A stretch of 30,934 bases of DNA from Chlamydiota bacterium (GTDB lineage: Bacteria > Chlamydiota > Chlamydiia > Chlamydiales > SM23-39). Numbering within the stretch: position 1 is the first letter of the stretch; every line of letters begins with the position of its first letter. The DNA is taken from assembly GCA_050049995.1 (NCBI GenBank), contig JASFVE010000014.1, positions 1-30,934 on the forward strand, written 5' to 3'. A program made the position numbers and the translations under genes. Of this stretch, positions 1 to 8,900 are shown piece after piece. The notes beneath the pieces are model-generated. The model had not been told where the DNA came from, did not search any database, and worked only from the letters and a program-made list of their open reading frames with translations.

Positions 1-173
1 AAAAGATGATTGAAAAAACTGTTGTTAATACTTTACAAAAGATGGAAGATGATCCTGGCCTAATCATTAATTTGGGTCATGGAATTAAACCTCAAACTCC
101 TTTAGAAAATGTAAAATGGTTTGTAGACTGTGTTAAAAACTTTTCAAAATGTTCCCTTAGAGTCTTATCTTAA
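1..173 (+). CDS. hemE: Uroporphyrinogen decarboxylase, 3' end (partial, not in ORF track)
   Basis: Frame from nt 3 reads KMIEKTVVNTLQKMEDDPGLIINLGHGIKPQTPLENVKWFVDCVKNF..., stop TAA at 171-173. INLGHGI..TP.ENV is the HemE C-terminal motif, and the gene lies upstream of hemN-hemY. Confidence 0.93.
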   Translation, partial: KMIEKTVVNTLQKMEDDPGLIINLGHGIKPQTPLENVKWFVDCVKNFSKCSLRVLS

Positions 174-1500
174 ATATGATAGGCCCGTTCCTCGATATAC
201 CAGTTATCCTACTGCTGTAAAATTTTATGGAATAGAAGAAAGTCAATATAGGCAAACCTTAAGTCAATTAGATAAAAAACCACTCTCCATTTATATACAC
301 ATTCCTTTTTGTCAAAAGATGTGCCTTTATTGTGGCTGTTCTGTCATTTTAAATAGAAATGAAGAGCGCCAAGAAAAGTATGTGCAAGCTCTTTTACAAG
401 AAATTAAGCAGGTCCAAGCACAGGTTCAACATAAGCCAGAAGTTGAACAAATTCACTTTGGAGGTGGAACTCCTACTAACTTAACAAACCAGCAAATGGA
501 AAGAATTTTCACTGCATTGCGTCAAGGATTTACCATTTTAGATGAGGCGGAAATATCTATTGAAATTGATCCAAGGACGGTTGTCCCAGATGGGGGAAGA
601 AAGTTAAAGTTTTACCATGAAATAGGCTTTAATCGAGTTAGCTTTGGTATTCAAGATACCAATGACAAAGTGCAGGAAGCTGTCAGAAGAAGGCAGCCCT
701 ATAGCATGAGTTTGCAAACGGTGCAGTGGGCGAGAACTATAGGTTTTCAAGCAATTAATGTGGATCTAATTTATGGACTGCCTTTTCAAACGTATGAGAC
801 TTTTCAAGAGACAACCGAAAAAATACTATCTATGGAGCCTGATAGGATTGCTTTATTTTCTTATGCAAAAGTACCGTGGTTAAAGACACATCAAAAAGCT
901 ATACGAGATAAAGACCTCCCATCTAAACAAGAAAAACTGGCCATCTATGCCTATGCACGGTCACATTTTATAGAAGGTGACTATGTAGCCATAGGAATGG
1001 ATCACTTCTCTAAAAAGGACGATAGCTTATCTAAAGCATATGTAAGCAAGAGCCTTGTTCGAAACTTTCAAGGCTATTCCGTGCAGAAAGCACAAAACAT
1101 GTTAGGGTTTGGTGTAAGTGCTATTGGATATGTAAACGGTCTGTATGTAGCAAATACTAAAGACTTGACTCATTATCAGAACTGCATTGATCAAAACCTG
1201 CTACCTGTTGAAAGAGGGTATTTGTTAAACTCGGACGATCATATTCGAAGCTGGGTTATCCAAAAGATTATGTGTAATTTTTCGCTGGACATGGAAGAGT
1301 TTTTTTCCACTTTTAAAATTCCTTTTGAAGACTACTTTCAAAAAGAACTTGTAGTTTTGTCTTCTTTTTCTGAGCTTGCAAAGCAGCAGGGTAAATACAT
1401 TGTCGTCACAGAATTAGGTGAGCTATTTGTAAGAATAGTTGCTTCTATTTTTGATAAATATTATGAATTACAACCTGAAAAATTTTCACAAAGTATATGA
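130..1500 (+). CDS. hemN: Oxygen-independent coproporphyrinogen III oxidase (radical SAM)
   Basis: PRYTSYPTA N-terminal motif of true HemN, CxxxCxxC (CQKMCLYC), GGGTP, IGMDHF, RNFQGY. GTG start overlaps hemE. Confidence 0.95.
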   Translation: MLKTFQNVPLESYLKYDRPVPRYTSYPTAVKFYGIEESQYRQTLSQLDKKPLSIYIHIPFCQKMCLYCGCSVILNRNEERQEKYVQALLQEIKQVQAQVQHKPEVEQIHFGGGTPTNLTNQQMERIFTALRQGFTILDEAEISIEIDPRTVVPDGGRKLKFYHEIGFNRVSFGIQDTNDKVQEAVRRRQPYSMSLQTVQWARTIGFQAINVDLIYGLPFQTYETFQETTEKILSMEPDRIALFSYAKVPWLKTHQKAIRDKDLPSKQEKLAIYAYARSHFIEGDYVAIGMDHFSKKDDSLSKAYVSKSLVRNFQGYSVQKAQNMLGFGVSAIGYVNGLYVANTKDLTHYQNCIDQNLLPVERGYLLNSDDHIRSWVIQKIMCNFSLDMEEFFSTFKIPFEDYFQKELVVLSSFSELAKQQGKYIVVTELGELFVRIVASIFDKYYELQPEKFSQSI

Positions 1501-2765
1501 AAGCGGCGATTATTGGAGCAGGGGTTTCAGGGTTAAGCCTTGCCTGGTTTTTACAAAAAGAAGGCGTAGATTTTACTGTTTTTGAAGCATCACGAAGAGT
1601 CGGCGGCAAAATAGAAAGTGACTGCTCTTCAGGCTTTTTTTTTGAAAAAGGGCCAAGGAGTTTTAGTGTCAGTCGATCAGATAACTTACTTGATCTAATA
1701 GAAGATCTTGGCCTTTCTAAAGATATTATAGGATCCGCTGATTCTGCTAAAAAACGATACTTACTTCTCAATGGAAAATTAGTTGGCTTGCCCTCTTCTT
1801 TAAGCTCTTTTTTTACCAATCCCATATCTCGAAAATGCTTTTTTCCACTGCTTAAAGAAGCATTTGTAAAGAAGGGGAGTGCCGAAGATGAAAGCATTTA
1901 TAGTTTTGCCAAAAGAAGATTTAACTCTGAAGTAGCTGATATTTTTTTTGACCCTTTAACACTAGGTGTATATGCGGGTAATTGTAAAGAGCTATCCATT
2001 CGTTCATGCTTCCCAGCTCTTTATGACATGGAAAAAGAATATGGATCATTAATAAAAGGAATGCTGCTTAAAAAAAGAAAAGTAAAAAAATATCCTTTTT
2101 CTCTTTTTAGCTTGAAAAAAGGGATAGGAGCACTTACCAGTACACTGCATCAAAAGATGCAGAATAATGTACAGCTAAATACGCCTGTTCTTGGGGTAGA
2201 ACCCCTGAATAAAGAGATTCTTATTACTACTGCAAAAAAACAAGAAACTTTTACGCATTGCTTTTTTGCTACAGATTTTTCCAACTGTAAAAAACTGCTT
2301 CCTACTCTTTCTATCGATATACCTTCAATCAACTTATTTGTGGCAAATGTAGGGTTTCAGCAAAAAGTCTTACGACATGATGGCTTTGGATTTTTAGTTC
2401 CTAGTCAAGAAAAGAAAGACATTCTAGGCGCAGTGTTTGATTCTAATATTTTTCCAGACCAATCGGATCCTTTGCAGACAAGAATGACTTTTATGATTAA
2501 AGAAAGGTGCAAAGATGTGAAGCAAACAATAATTAATAGTTTGGTAAATACTCTGGACATTTCCAATGAACCAGATTATTTAAATACTTGTCTAGTTAAG
2601 AATGCCATTCCTCAATATGAAATTAATCACCACAAAAAAATTGAAGGTATTCAAGATAGATTCACTAATCTTTTTTTATGTGGCAATTACCTTCAAGGAG
2701 CATCTGTAGATCAATGCATACATCAAAGTAAAAAATTAGTTAGTAAATTCAAGTCTTTTATTTAG
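1497..2765 (+). CDS. hemY: FAD-dependent protoporphyrinogen/coproporphyrinogen oxidase, HemY family (called hemG in chlamydial annotations)
   Basis: IIGAGVSGL dinucleotide fold, R.GG, E.GP, GVYAG, GFGFLVP, AIPQY, CGNYLQG; ATGA overlap with hemN. Confidence 0.92.
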   Translation: MKAAIIGAGVSGLSLAWFLQKEGVDFTVFEASRRVGGKIESDCSSGFFFEKGPRSFSVSRSDNLLDLIEDLGLSKDIIGSADSAKKRYLLLNGKLVGLPSSLSSFFTNPISRKCFFPLLKEAFVKKGSAEDESIYSFAKRRFNSEVADIFFDPLTLGVYAGNCKELSIRSCFPALYDMEKEYGSLIKGMLLKKRKVKKYPFSLFSLKKGIGALTSTLHQKMQNNVQLNTPVLGVEPLNKEILITTAKKQETFTHCFFATDFSNCKKLLPTLSIDIPSINLFVANVGFQQKVLRHDGFGFLVPSQEKKDILGAVFDSNIFPDQSDPLQTRMTFMIKERCKDVKQTIINSLVNTLDISNEPDYLNTCLVKNAIPQYEINHHKKIEGIQDRFTNLFLCGNYLQGASVDQCIHQSKKLVSKFKSFI

Positions 2766-2794
2766 TTGACTTTTGTTATTTTTTGCTATAAAAT
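2766..2794 (+). promoter_or_regulatory. Putative sigma66/sigma70-type promoter for the ORF at 2820
   Basis: TTGACT (2766-2771), 17-nt spacer, TAAAAT (2789-2794); 25 nt upstream of the ATG, with GAGGA in between. Confidence 0.6.
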
Positions 2795-2819
2795 AATATA
2801 AGAACCTGAGGAATTAATT

Positions 2820-3281
2820 ATGGGTTTAGTAGTTAGTTTATTTTCTTCTTCTGAATTTCATTCTATTTTAAATAATTATAAGAAAGCGCTTTCTAACTCT
2901 GCTATTACATTTATGCAAGTGCAAGAGATAGCAGATCATTTAGGTGAAATTATTCAGCAAGGGGCTCAAAACCATTATACAGAAGATATTTTACAAGTGC
3001 TTTCCCAGATAGAACTTTTAGAAGAAAGTCGAAGAAAAAAAGATCATGAGCTGTTATTGCATTTTCAAAATGCATCTTTGGAGTTGAAGCAGTTAGAATT
3101 AAACTTAGATGTATTACTGCTTTCCGAAATAGAAGAAAGCATAAAAAACATGCATTTTAGAATTAATTCCTTACAAAAGAGTACTCCGTACCAAAATGAC
3201 TTTTTCCAAAAGGAGATTGAAAAACTTAAGTCTAGACTTGAGGATCTTCAACAAGTCTTTCAGCTTCGATATTTGGCTTGA
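2820..3281 (+). CDS. Hypothetical alpha-helical/coiled-coil protein
   Basis: 153-aa ORF with RBS (GAGGA) and its own promoter-like sequence; L/E/Q/K-rich; no family recognised. Confidence 0.75.
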   Translation: MGLVVSLFSSSEFHSILNNYKKALSNSAITFMQVQEIADHLGEIIQQGAQNHYTEDILQVLSQIELLEESRRKKDHELLLHFQNASLELKQLELNLDVLLLSEIEESIKNMHFRINSLQKSTPYQNDFFQKEIEKLKSRLEDLQQVFQLRYLA

Positions 3282-3373
3282 AGTATTCATTCATTAATAG
3301 TTTTAGAGAAAAGAGTGTTGTCATCGAATATTTATCTCATAAACATATTCTAGAGTAGAGTTGGATAGGCAAA

Positions 3374-4033
3374 CTACTCAGTAGGAAAAAACATTTTTGG
3401 GTTAATAATCCCTAAGGAAAGGGAAGTAAATTCCATTATGATGATAGGTGCTTGAAAAGCTCTAAAAGCTATGTTGTTTATTGTAGAGATTTTTCCAAAC
3501 GTCAAAAAAGACAATGAAGCAGCGCCTATTCCAATCACTCCGTCAGCAATTCTAATAATAACCGTTGTAACAGCTAAAAGCGCAACAGTAAGTCTTAATA
3601 CTATATGTCGCTTAAAAAAGCTTTTTGAGTTAAAGCAATGCATTGCGGATTCAAAAGGTTTAGTTTTTAAGATTAGTTCTGAAATAATGCCAGATGGAGT
3701 TTTAGATGAATCTTTTTCTAAATCAGGAATTTTTGCGTTTGGATTCAAAGTTTTTAATAGGCAGTTATAAGGATGAGCAATTATCCCACGAGCGTTTTCT
3801 GTAAAGCCTCGTGAAGGACTAAATGTAGCTGTTAAAAGAGACTTGTCACATGTTGCAAAAGATAAAACTATGGCTCCAACTGCTATGGATGTATAAAAAA
3901 TATTTGCAATTAGACTGATTGGAACAAAAATTGCAGCTTGAATTCTTTTTGAAATTTGGTCTCCAAAAAATTTTTTTCCAGCCTGATAAAATCCACTAGA
4001 GTCAGATACTTGGTTTAAACTCGTAGTTGCCAT
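3374..4033 (-). CDS. Hypothetical membrane protein with internal duplication (Inc-like candidate)
   Basis: 219 aa; two related halves, each with a long hydrophobic segment; S/T-rich N-terminus; AT-rich upstream region. Confidence 0.75.
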   Translation of the reverse strand: MATTSLNQVSDSSGFYQAGKKFFGDQISKRIQAAIFVPISLIANIFYTSIAVGAIVLSFATCDKSLLTATFSPSRGFTENARGIIAHPYNCLLKTLNPNAKIPDLEKDSSKTPSGIISELILKTKPFESAMHCFNSKSFFKRHIVLRLTVALLAVTTVIIRIADGVIGIGAASLSFLTFGKISTINNIAFRAFQAPIIIMEFTSLSLGIINPKMFFPTE

Positions 4034-4306
4034 AGTTATTTTAGTTATTGTTAATAATAGTAGTTATATTAACGCATTAATTGTTTTTTAATAAGATGAT
4101 TTTTTTGTTTTTTATCTAGATTAGTAGTTTAGATAATTATAAAAAATAAGTTCTTTATAGTTTTAAAATTTTTTCTTCAAAGTTCTAAGAAATACTTATG
4201 TATCTAAATGCCCGAGCTGAAGATATTTATAAAAAATTTGATGCAATCTAGAATGAAATATATTTTCTGATTATCCCAATGGAGTGCCAAAATTTTTTAT
4301 AATAGA

Positions 4307-4924
4307 TTAAGAAATAATAGGGTGATATTCATCTAGTAAAAAATCACCAAAGGTATAGCCAAATTGCTTTAAAAAATGAGTATTAGGATCCAGCTCATTT
4401 TTTACATAAAGAGTTTTTACAGGGCAAAACCCCAGCATGTAGGTAACCGAGTCTGGCTTTTGCAGATCTTCTAGAGGTAGAGCTTTGTAGGGTTGAATAA
4501 AGGTGCATCCTAAGGGGCTATTGCTAAAAAGGGTGTTCTTAGAAAAGTCCGTCTCATTTGCTTGAATAAGGACCATACAAGCTAATCTTTTAAAAGAAAA
4601 ATAAGATCCAAGCGAATCATTTTCTGAAAAAAGCTGATCTGCAAAATAAAGCTGATCAAAAGCTAATCGAAGTGAATTGATACCAGTTAGCTCCGAGGCT
4701 ATTTTTGCTAGGCTTTTTTTAAAGGCAAAGTTTTTAAAAATGGCGTTAGTTCTCCAGAGGTCTCTTCCTTTTTTATAAAGATCGCTGGAGGAAATGTCTT
4801 CTCTAAGACCACTTGCTTCTATGTATAGTTCTTTCTTTTCTTTTTCGGTAAAAACATCCTCAAAATCAATAAAGCCATGCTCTAAAAAAAAGTTGATGTG
4901 CTGATTAGTTATTGTGTAACGCAT
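4307..4924 (-). CDS. CT296/DcrA-like protein (PhyH/2OG-oxygenase-like fold)
   Basis: MRYTITNQHINFFLEHGFIDFE and LAKIASELTG...LAFDQL resemble chlamydial CT296 as I recall it; lies near rnc as CT296 does. Confidence 0.65.
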   Translation of the reverse strand: MRYTITNQHINFFLEHGFIDFEDVFTEKEKKELYIEASGLREDISSSDLYKKGRDLWRTNAIFKNFAFKKSLAKIASELTGINSLRLAFDQLYFADQLFSENDSLGSYFSFKRLACMVLIQANETDFSKNTLFSNSPLGCTFIQPYKALPLEDLQKPDSVTYMLGFCPVKTLYVKNELDPNTHFLKQFGYTFGDFLLDEYHPIIS

Positions 4925-6120
4925 AACGAGAGCCTATTTAATGCTTCTTTAATTATTTGTAATGGGGCAAATGCTGAAAAACGAACAAATCCTTTTCCTG
5001 CGTGGCCAAAGCCTTCTCCAGGAATCGTTATAATTTGATGGTTTTCTAAGAGATCGTCAAAAAATTCCCAAGAAGACTTTTGCGATTTACACCAGACATA
5101 AGGAGCGTCTATTCCTCCATACACTGTGAATCCTAGGTCGATAAGCCCTTCTCTTAAAACTTTTGCCTGAAGCTTATATTCATTAATTAATTGTTTGATT
5201 TCAAGTTGTCCTTGAGGAGAGTAGGTCGCAGCTGCAGCCTTTTGAATAGGGTAAGGAACTCCACCAAATTTGGTGTCTTGTCTTCGGCTCCAGTACTCAT
5301 TAAGCATTTGCCCTTCAATAATTAAATCATGCGGTACAATAGTATAAGAGGCACGTATGTTAGTAAAACCACATTTTTTGGAATAACTTTTAATTTCAAT
5401 GGCTACTTTTTTTGCATTGTCGATCTCAAAAATAGAATGCGGTACATTATCTGATGTAATAAAAGCTTCATAAGCCGCATCAAAAATAATGAGAGCCTTA
5501 TTTTCTAATGCATAATCTACCCATTTTTTTAATTCTTCATAAGTGAATCCAACACCGGTTGGGTTATTGGGAGAGCATAAGTAAATAACATCACAAGGCT
5601 CTTTGGGTAGGTCTGGGAAAAAATTATTTTCTTCCAAACAAGGTAGGTAGATAATTTTTTGGTATTGCCCGTTCGTGAAGTCAAGAGTCCTTCCAGCCAT
5701 TACGTTAGAATCTAAATAAACAGGATAGGTGGGGTCACATATAGCTACACGGTTTTCTTGGCAAAGGATTTCCTGAACATTAGCAATATCACATTTTGCG
5801 CCATTTGAGACAAAAATTTCGTCAGCAGTGATTTTTAGGTCTTTATAGTCGTTTTCAGCAATAAGTTTACGTAAAAAGTTATAGCCAGAAGAAGGGCCAT
5901 AGCCTTGCATCGAGGATTCAGAACCAAGTTCTTTAGATGCATCAACTAAAGCTGTGACAATACTGGGAGGTAAAGGCTTTGTTACATCCCCAATTCCTAA
6001 ATTTAAAAAAGTCTTCCCTTCATCTCTTTGTTTTAATTCAGAGACTTTGGACTGAATTTTAGGGAATAAATAGGAGGAAATTAACTTTTTGTAGTGAGGG
6101 TTGAGTTTAACCATAGCCAT
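4909..6120 (-). CDS. dapL: LL-diaminopimelate aminotransferase
   Basis: SYLF, LGIGDVT.PLP, GYGP, GAKCD, DPTYPVYLDSNV, CSPNNPTG, DAAYEAF, PLP Lys in SYSKKCGFT..R, PGEGFG..G.GFVR. True start may be the second ATG (6114), given AAGG spacing. Confidence 0.93.
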   Translation of the reverse strand: MAMVKLNPHYKKLISSYLFPKIQSKVSELKQRDEGKTFLNLGIGDVTKPLPPSIVTALVDASKELGSESSMQGYGPSSGYNFLRKLIAENDYKDLKITADEIFVSNGAKCDIANVQEILCQENRVAICDPTYPVYLDSNVMAGRTLDFTNGQYQKIIYLPCLEENNFFPDLPKEPCDVIYLCSPNNPTGVGFTYEELKKWVDYALENKALIIFDAAYEAFITSDNVPHSIFEIDNAKKVAIEIKSYSKKCGFTNIRASYTIVPHDLIIEGQMLNEYWSRRQDTKFGGVPYPIQKAAAATYSPQGQLEIKQLINEYKLQAKVLREGLIDLGFTVYGGIDAPYVWCKSQKSSWEFFDDLLENHQIITIPGEGFGHAGKGFVRFSAFAPLQIIKEALNRLSLCVTQ

Positions 6121-6149
6121 CCTTGAAAAATTGTGTTAATTTTAATACG

Positions 6150-6155
6150 TATAAT
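6150..6155 (+). promoter_or_regulatory. Putative -10 element for the rnc-radA-hemC-hemD operon
   Basis: Perfect TATAAT in the 61-nt divergent dapL/rnc gap; no clear -35 at canonical spacing. Confidence 0.35.
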
Positions 6156-6181
6156 GAAAAGGAACAACCTATTTTTCTTAA

Positions 6182-6895
6182 ATGGCGTCATTAGAAACTT
6201 TAAAAAAAAATAAAAAAGATATCGAGAATAAAATTGGTTATAAATTTAAAAATTTTGACCTTTTTTCTTTAATTTTTATTCATAGATCTTACTTTAATGA
6301 AAATAAATCAGTAGTTAATGCTCATAATGAAAGAATCGAGTTTTTAGGCGATAGTGTCTTAGGGCTTATTGTTGCAGATCTTTTATATAAACTTTTACCT
6401 GATAGCCCCGAAGGTGAGCTCTCTTTTTTACTGTCTAATTTAGTAAATGCAACTTCTTGTGCTGAATATATGAAAAAACTAGGACTTGACCAATATATTT
6501 TATTGGGAAAAGGGGAAAAAAATAATACGACTCGGGGTAGAAAAACTATTATTGCAGATGCCTTTGAGGCATTGATCGGAGCCGTCTATTTAGATGGAGG
6601 CCTGCAAAGCGCTAGAGAGCTTTTTGAAAATAATTTTAAAAAATCCATTTTTGAGAAAATTGAAAAACCTTCCCTTAATTTTAAGGCGCTGCTTCAAGAT
6701 TACTCACAAAAGAACTATCAGCTCCCGCCTCAATATAATCTTATTGAAGATAAGGGGCCGGCTCATGATAAAATTTTTACTGTTGAGGTTGTTGTAAACA
6801 ATCAGAAAATAGCAACAGCTGAAGGGCCCACTAAAAAAATAGCTCAACAAAAGGCGGCAGAAAAAGCGTTAATAAAACTTAAGGAGATTAAGTGA
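6182..6895 (+). CDS. rnc: Ribonuclease III
   Basis: HRSY, NERIEFLGDSVL signature, ADAFEALIGAVYLDGG, C-terminal dsRBD (GPAH.K.F, KK.AQQ.AA). Confidence 0.97.
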   Translation: MASLETLKKNKKDIENKIGYKFKNFDLFSLIFIHRSYFNENKSVVNAHNERIEFLGDSVLGLIVADLLYKLLPDSPEGELSFLLSNLVNATSCAEYMKKLGLDQYILLGKGEKNNTTRGRKTIIADAFEALIGAVYLDGGLQSARELFENNFKKSIFEKIEKPSLNFKALLQDYSQKNYQLPPQYNLIEDKGPAHDKIFTVEVVVNNQKIATAEGPTKKIAQQKAAEKALIKLKEIK

Positions 6896-8259
6896 GCAAG
6901 GTTAAGTCATTTTGGCAATGTTCTGAATGTGGCCACCAACAATCTAGGTGGACTGGAAGCTGCAGTCTGTGTCATCAGTGGAATACATTTTCTGAAATGC
7001 AATCAGTGGAAGAGTCAAAACCCAAGTTTGTTTCTCAAAAACCTTCTTCAAAACCTCTTAGAATATCAGAAATAAATATCTCCAGTTTTTCCAGAAAATC
7101 TACCAAAATGAAAGAAGTAGACAGACTATTTGGAGGAGGGATTGTCGGTGGGTCATTAATTTTATTAGGAGGCGATCCTGGCATTGGAAAGTCAACCCTT
7201 CTTTTACAGTTAGCGCATTTTCTAGCTGAACAAAATGAAAGGGTGTTATATGTCTGTGCAGAAGAGTCTATCGAACAAACTTCTTTAAGAGCCAACAGGT
7301 TAAATCTTGGGCAGGACAACTTATATTTATTTAACGAAACCTCTTTTACTCATATTAAGCAAGAAATAGATAAAATTAAGCCAACAGTTTTAATTGTTGA
7401 CTCTGTTCAGGTTGTTTATAAAACTGAGCTTCCTTCTTCTCCCGGATCTGTTGTTCAAGTTAGAGAGATTGCTAGTGAGTGCATGCATATTGCTAAGGGA
7501 TATGGTATTACCACATTTTTAATTGGCCATGTAACTAAGTCAGGAGAAATAGCAGGGCCAAGAGTTTTAGAACACTTAGTTGATACTGTTTTAGAGTTTG
7601 AAGGGGACCGACATCATGGATATAGGCTTTTAAGAAGTGTCAAAAACCGATTTGGCCCAACGGATGACATTGCTATTTTTCAAATGCATGAAAAAGGGCT
7701 AAAAGAAATTAGCAACCCTTCTGAGATTTTCTTAGAGCATAGGAAAGAAAATGTGTCAGGGTGTGTTGCAACGGCAACAGTCGAAGGTCTTCGACCTTTT
7801 TTAATTGAAGTGCAGGCTTTAGTCACGACAAGCGCTTATTCTACTGCTACAAGAAAAACAACAGGGCTTGATCAAAATAGACTGGCTCTTTTAATTGCCG
7901 TATTAGAAAAAAGAGTTGGCTATCTATTGCATCAATGCGATGTGTTTGTATCAGTTGCGGGTGGAATGAAAATTAAAGAGCCGTCCATTGATCTTGCCGT
8001 TCTTTTAGCTATTGCTTCTTCTTTTACGAATCGGTCAATTGATACGAACACTATTGTCATAGGAGAAGTAGGTCTTGCTGGTGAGGTAAGGGCAATCCCA
8101 AGAATAGAGAGCCGAATTAAAGAAGCAGTACATATGGGTTTTAAAAAATGTATTCTTCCTAAAAAGAATCAAAAAGAGCTCGATAAAGCCTTAGCAAGTA
8201 AAATTGAACTTGTTCCTGTCGATTTAGTCGATGAAGCAATTCAAGAGATTTTACCGTGA
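6892..8259 (+). CDS. radA: DNA repair protein RadA/Sms
   Basis: N-terminal C4 zinc finger (CSECG...CSLC), Walker A GDPGIGKST, KNRFG motif, Lon-like C-terminal domain. Confidence 0.97.
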   Translation: MSKVKSFWQCSECGHQQSRWTGSCSLCHQWNTFSEMQSVEESKPKFVSQKPSSKPLRISEINISSFSRKSTKMKEVDRLFGGGIVGGSLILLGGDPGIGKSTLLLQLAHFLAEQNERVLYVCAEESIEQTSLRANRLNLGQDNLYLFNETSFTHIKQEIDKIKPTVLIVDSVQVVYKTELPSSPGSVVQVREIASECMHIAKGYGITTFLIGHVTKSGEIAGPRVLEHLVDTVLEFEGDRHHGYRLLRSVKNRFGPTDDIAIFQMHEKGLKEISNPSEIFLEHRKENVSGCVATATVEGLRPFLIEVQALVTTSAYSTATRKTTGLDQNRLALLIAVLEKRVGYLLHQCDVFVSVAGGMKIKEPSIDLAVLLAIASSFTNRSIDTNTIVIGEVGLAGEVRAIPRIESRIKEAVHMGFKKCILPKKNQKELDKALASKIELVPVDLVDEAIQEILP

Positions 8260-8900
8260 AAATTACCATTGCAGCAAGAGACTCCAATTTATCAAAAGCT
8301 CAAGTAAAGGAAATTGTAAATAAGCTTAAGAAGGTCAATTCTACGATTTCTTTTGAGTTTCTTTTTCTTAAAAGTTCAGGAGATCTTGATTTAAAAACTT
8401 CTCTGAGAGTCTTAGGAAAAACAGATTTTTTTACTAAGGAAGTCGATCAGGCGCTTTTTTCTAGAAGAGCAAGGATAGTCGTTCACTCAGCAAAAGATTT
8501 ACCTGAAAAAATCCCTTCAGGTTTAACAATTGTTGCCATGACGGATAGTATTGATAAAAGAGACAGTTTAGTTGTAAGACCAGGGGAGTCTTTTTTATCT
8601 TTAAAGCCTGGAGCTATTATAGCCACCTCTTCAGTAAGAAGAGAGGAGATGGTAAAAAGATATAGAAAGGATTTGTCTTTTGTTGATTTGAGAGGAACCA
8701 TAGAAAAAAGACTTTCTTTATTGTCAGAAAATAAAGCAGATGGAGTGGTAGTCGCCGAAGCTGCTTTAATAAGGCTGAAAAAAACAGATTTGAATAGATT
8801 TATCTTTAATGATTCCACTGTTGAAGGACAAGGGCAGCTTGCTATTTTGGCACGCTCAGATGATCAGGAAATGGTAAAGCTTTTTGAAAAAATCCACTAA
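8256..8900 (+). CDS. hemC: Hydroxymethylbilane synthase (porphobilinogen deaminase), short form without domain 3
   Basis: R.S.L..AQ, GD, FTKE, VHSAKDLP, TSS.RR, LRG....RL, GQG.LA motifs; only 214 aa. Confidence 0.9.
   Translation: MKITIAARDSNLSKAQVKEIVNKLKKVNSTISFEFLFLKSSGDLDLKTSLRVLGKTDFFTKEVDQALFSRRARIVVHSAKDLPEKIPSGLTIVAMTDSIDKRDSLVVRPGESFLSLKPGAIIATSSVRREEMVKRYRKDLSFVDLRGTIEKRLSLLSENKADGVVVAEAALIRLKKTDLNRFIFNDSTVEGQGQLAILARSDDQEMVKLFEKIH

Noticed and set aside
130..1500. HemW heme chaperone instead of HemN
   Set aside because: The PRYTSYP N-terminal motif, the length and the hemE/hemY context indicate true HemN.
4264..4290. GAGTGCCAA, resembling a CIRCE (HrcA) arm
   Set aside because: Only one half-site; the position 9 nt away does not match TTAGCACTC, and no chaperone gene follows.
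4198..4310. Coding-like fragments on the + strand (MYLNARAEDIYKKFDAI*, DYPNGVPKFFIID*)
   Set aside because: Too short and interrupted to support a gene remnant without a homology search.
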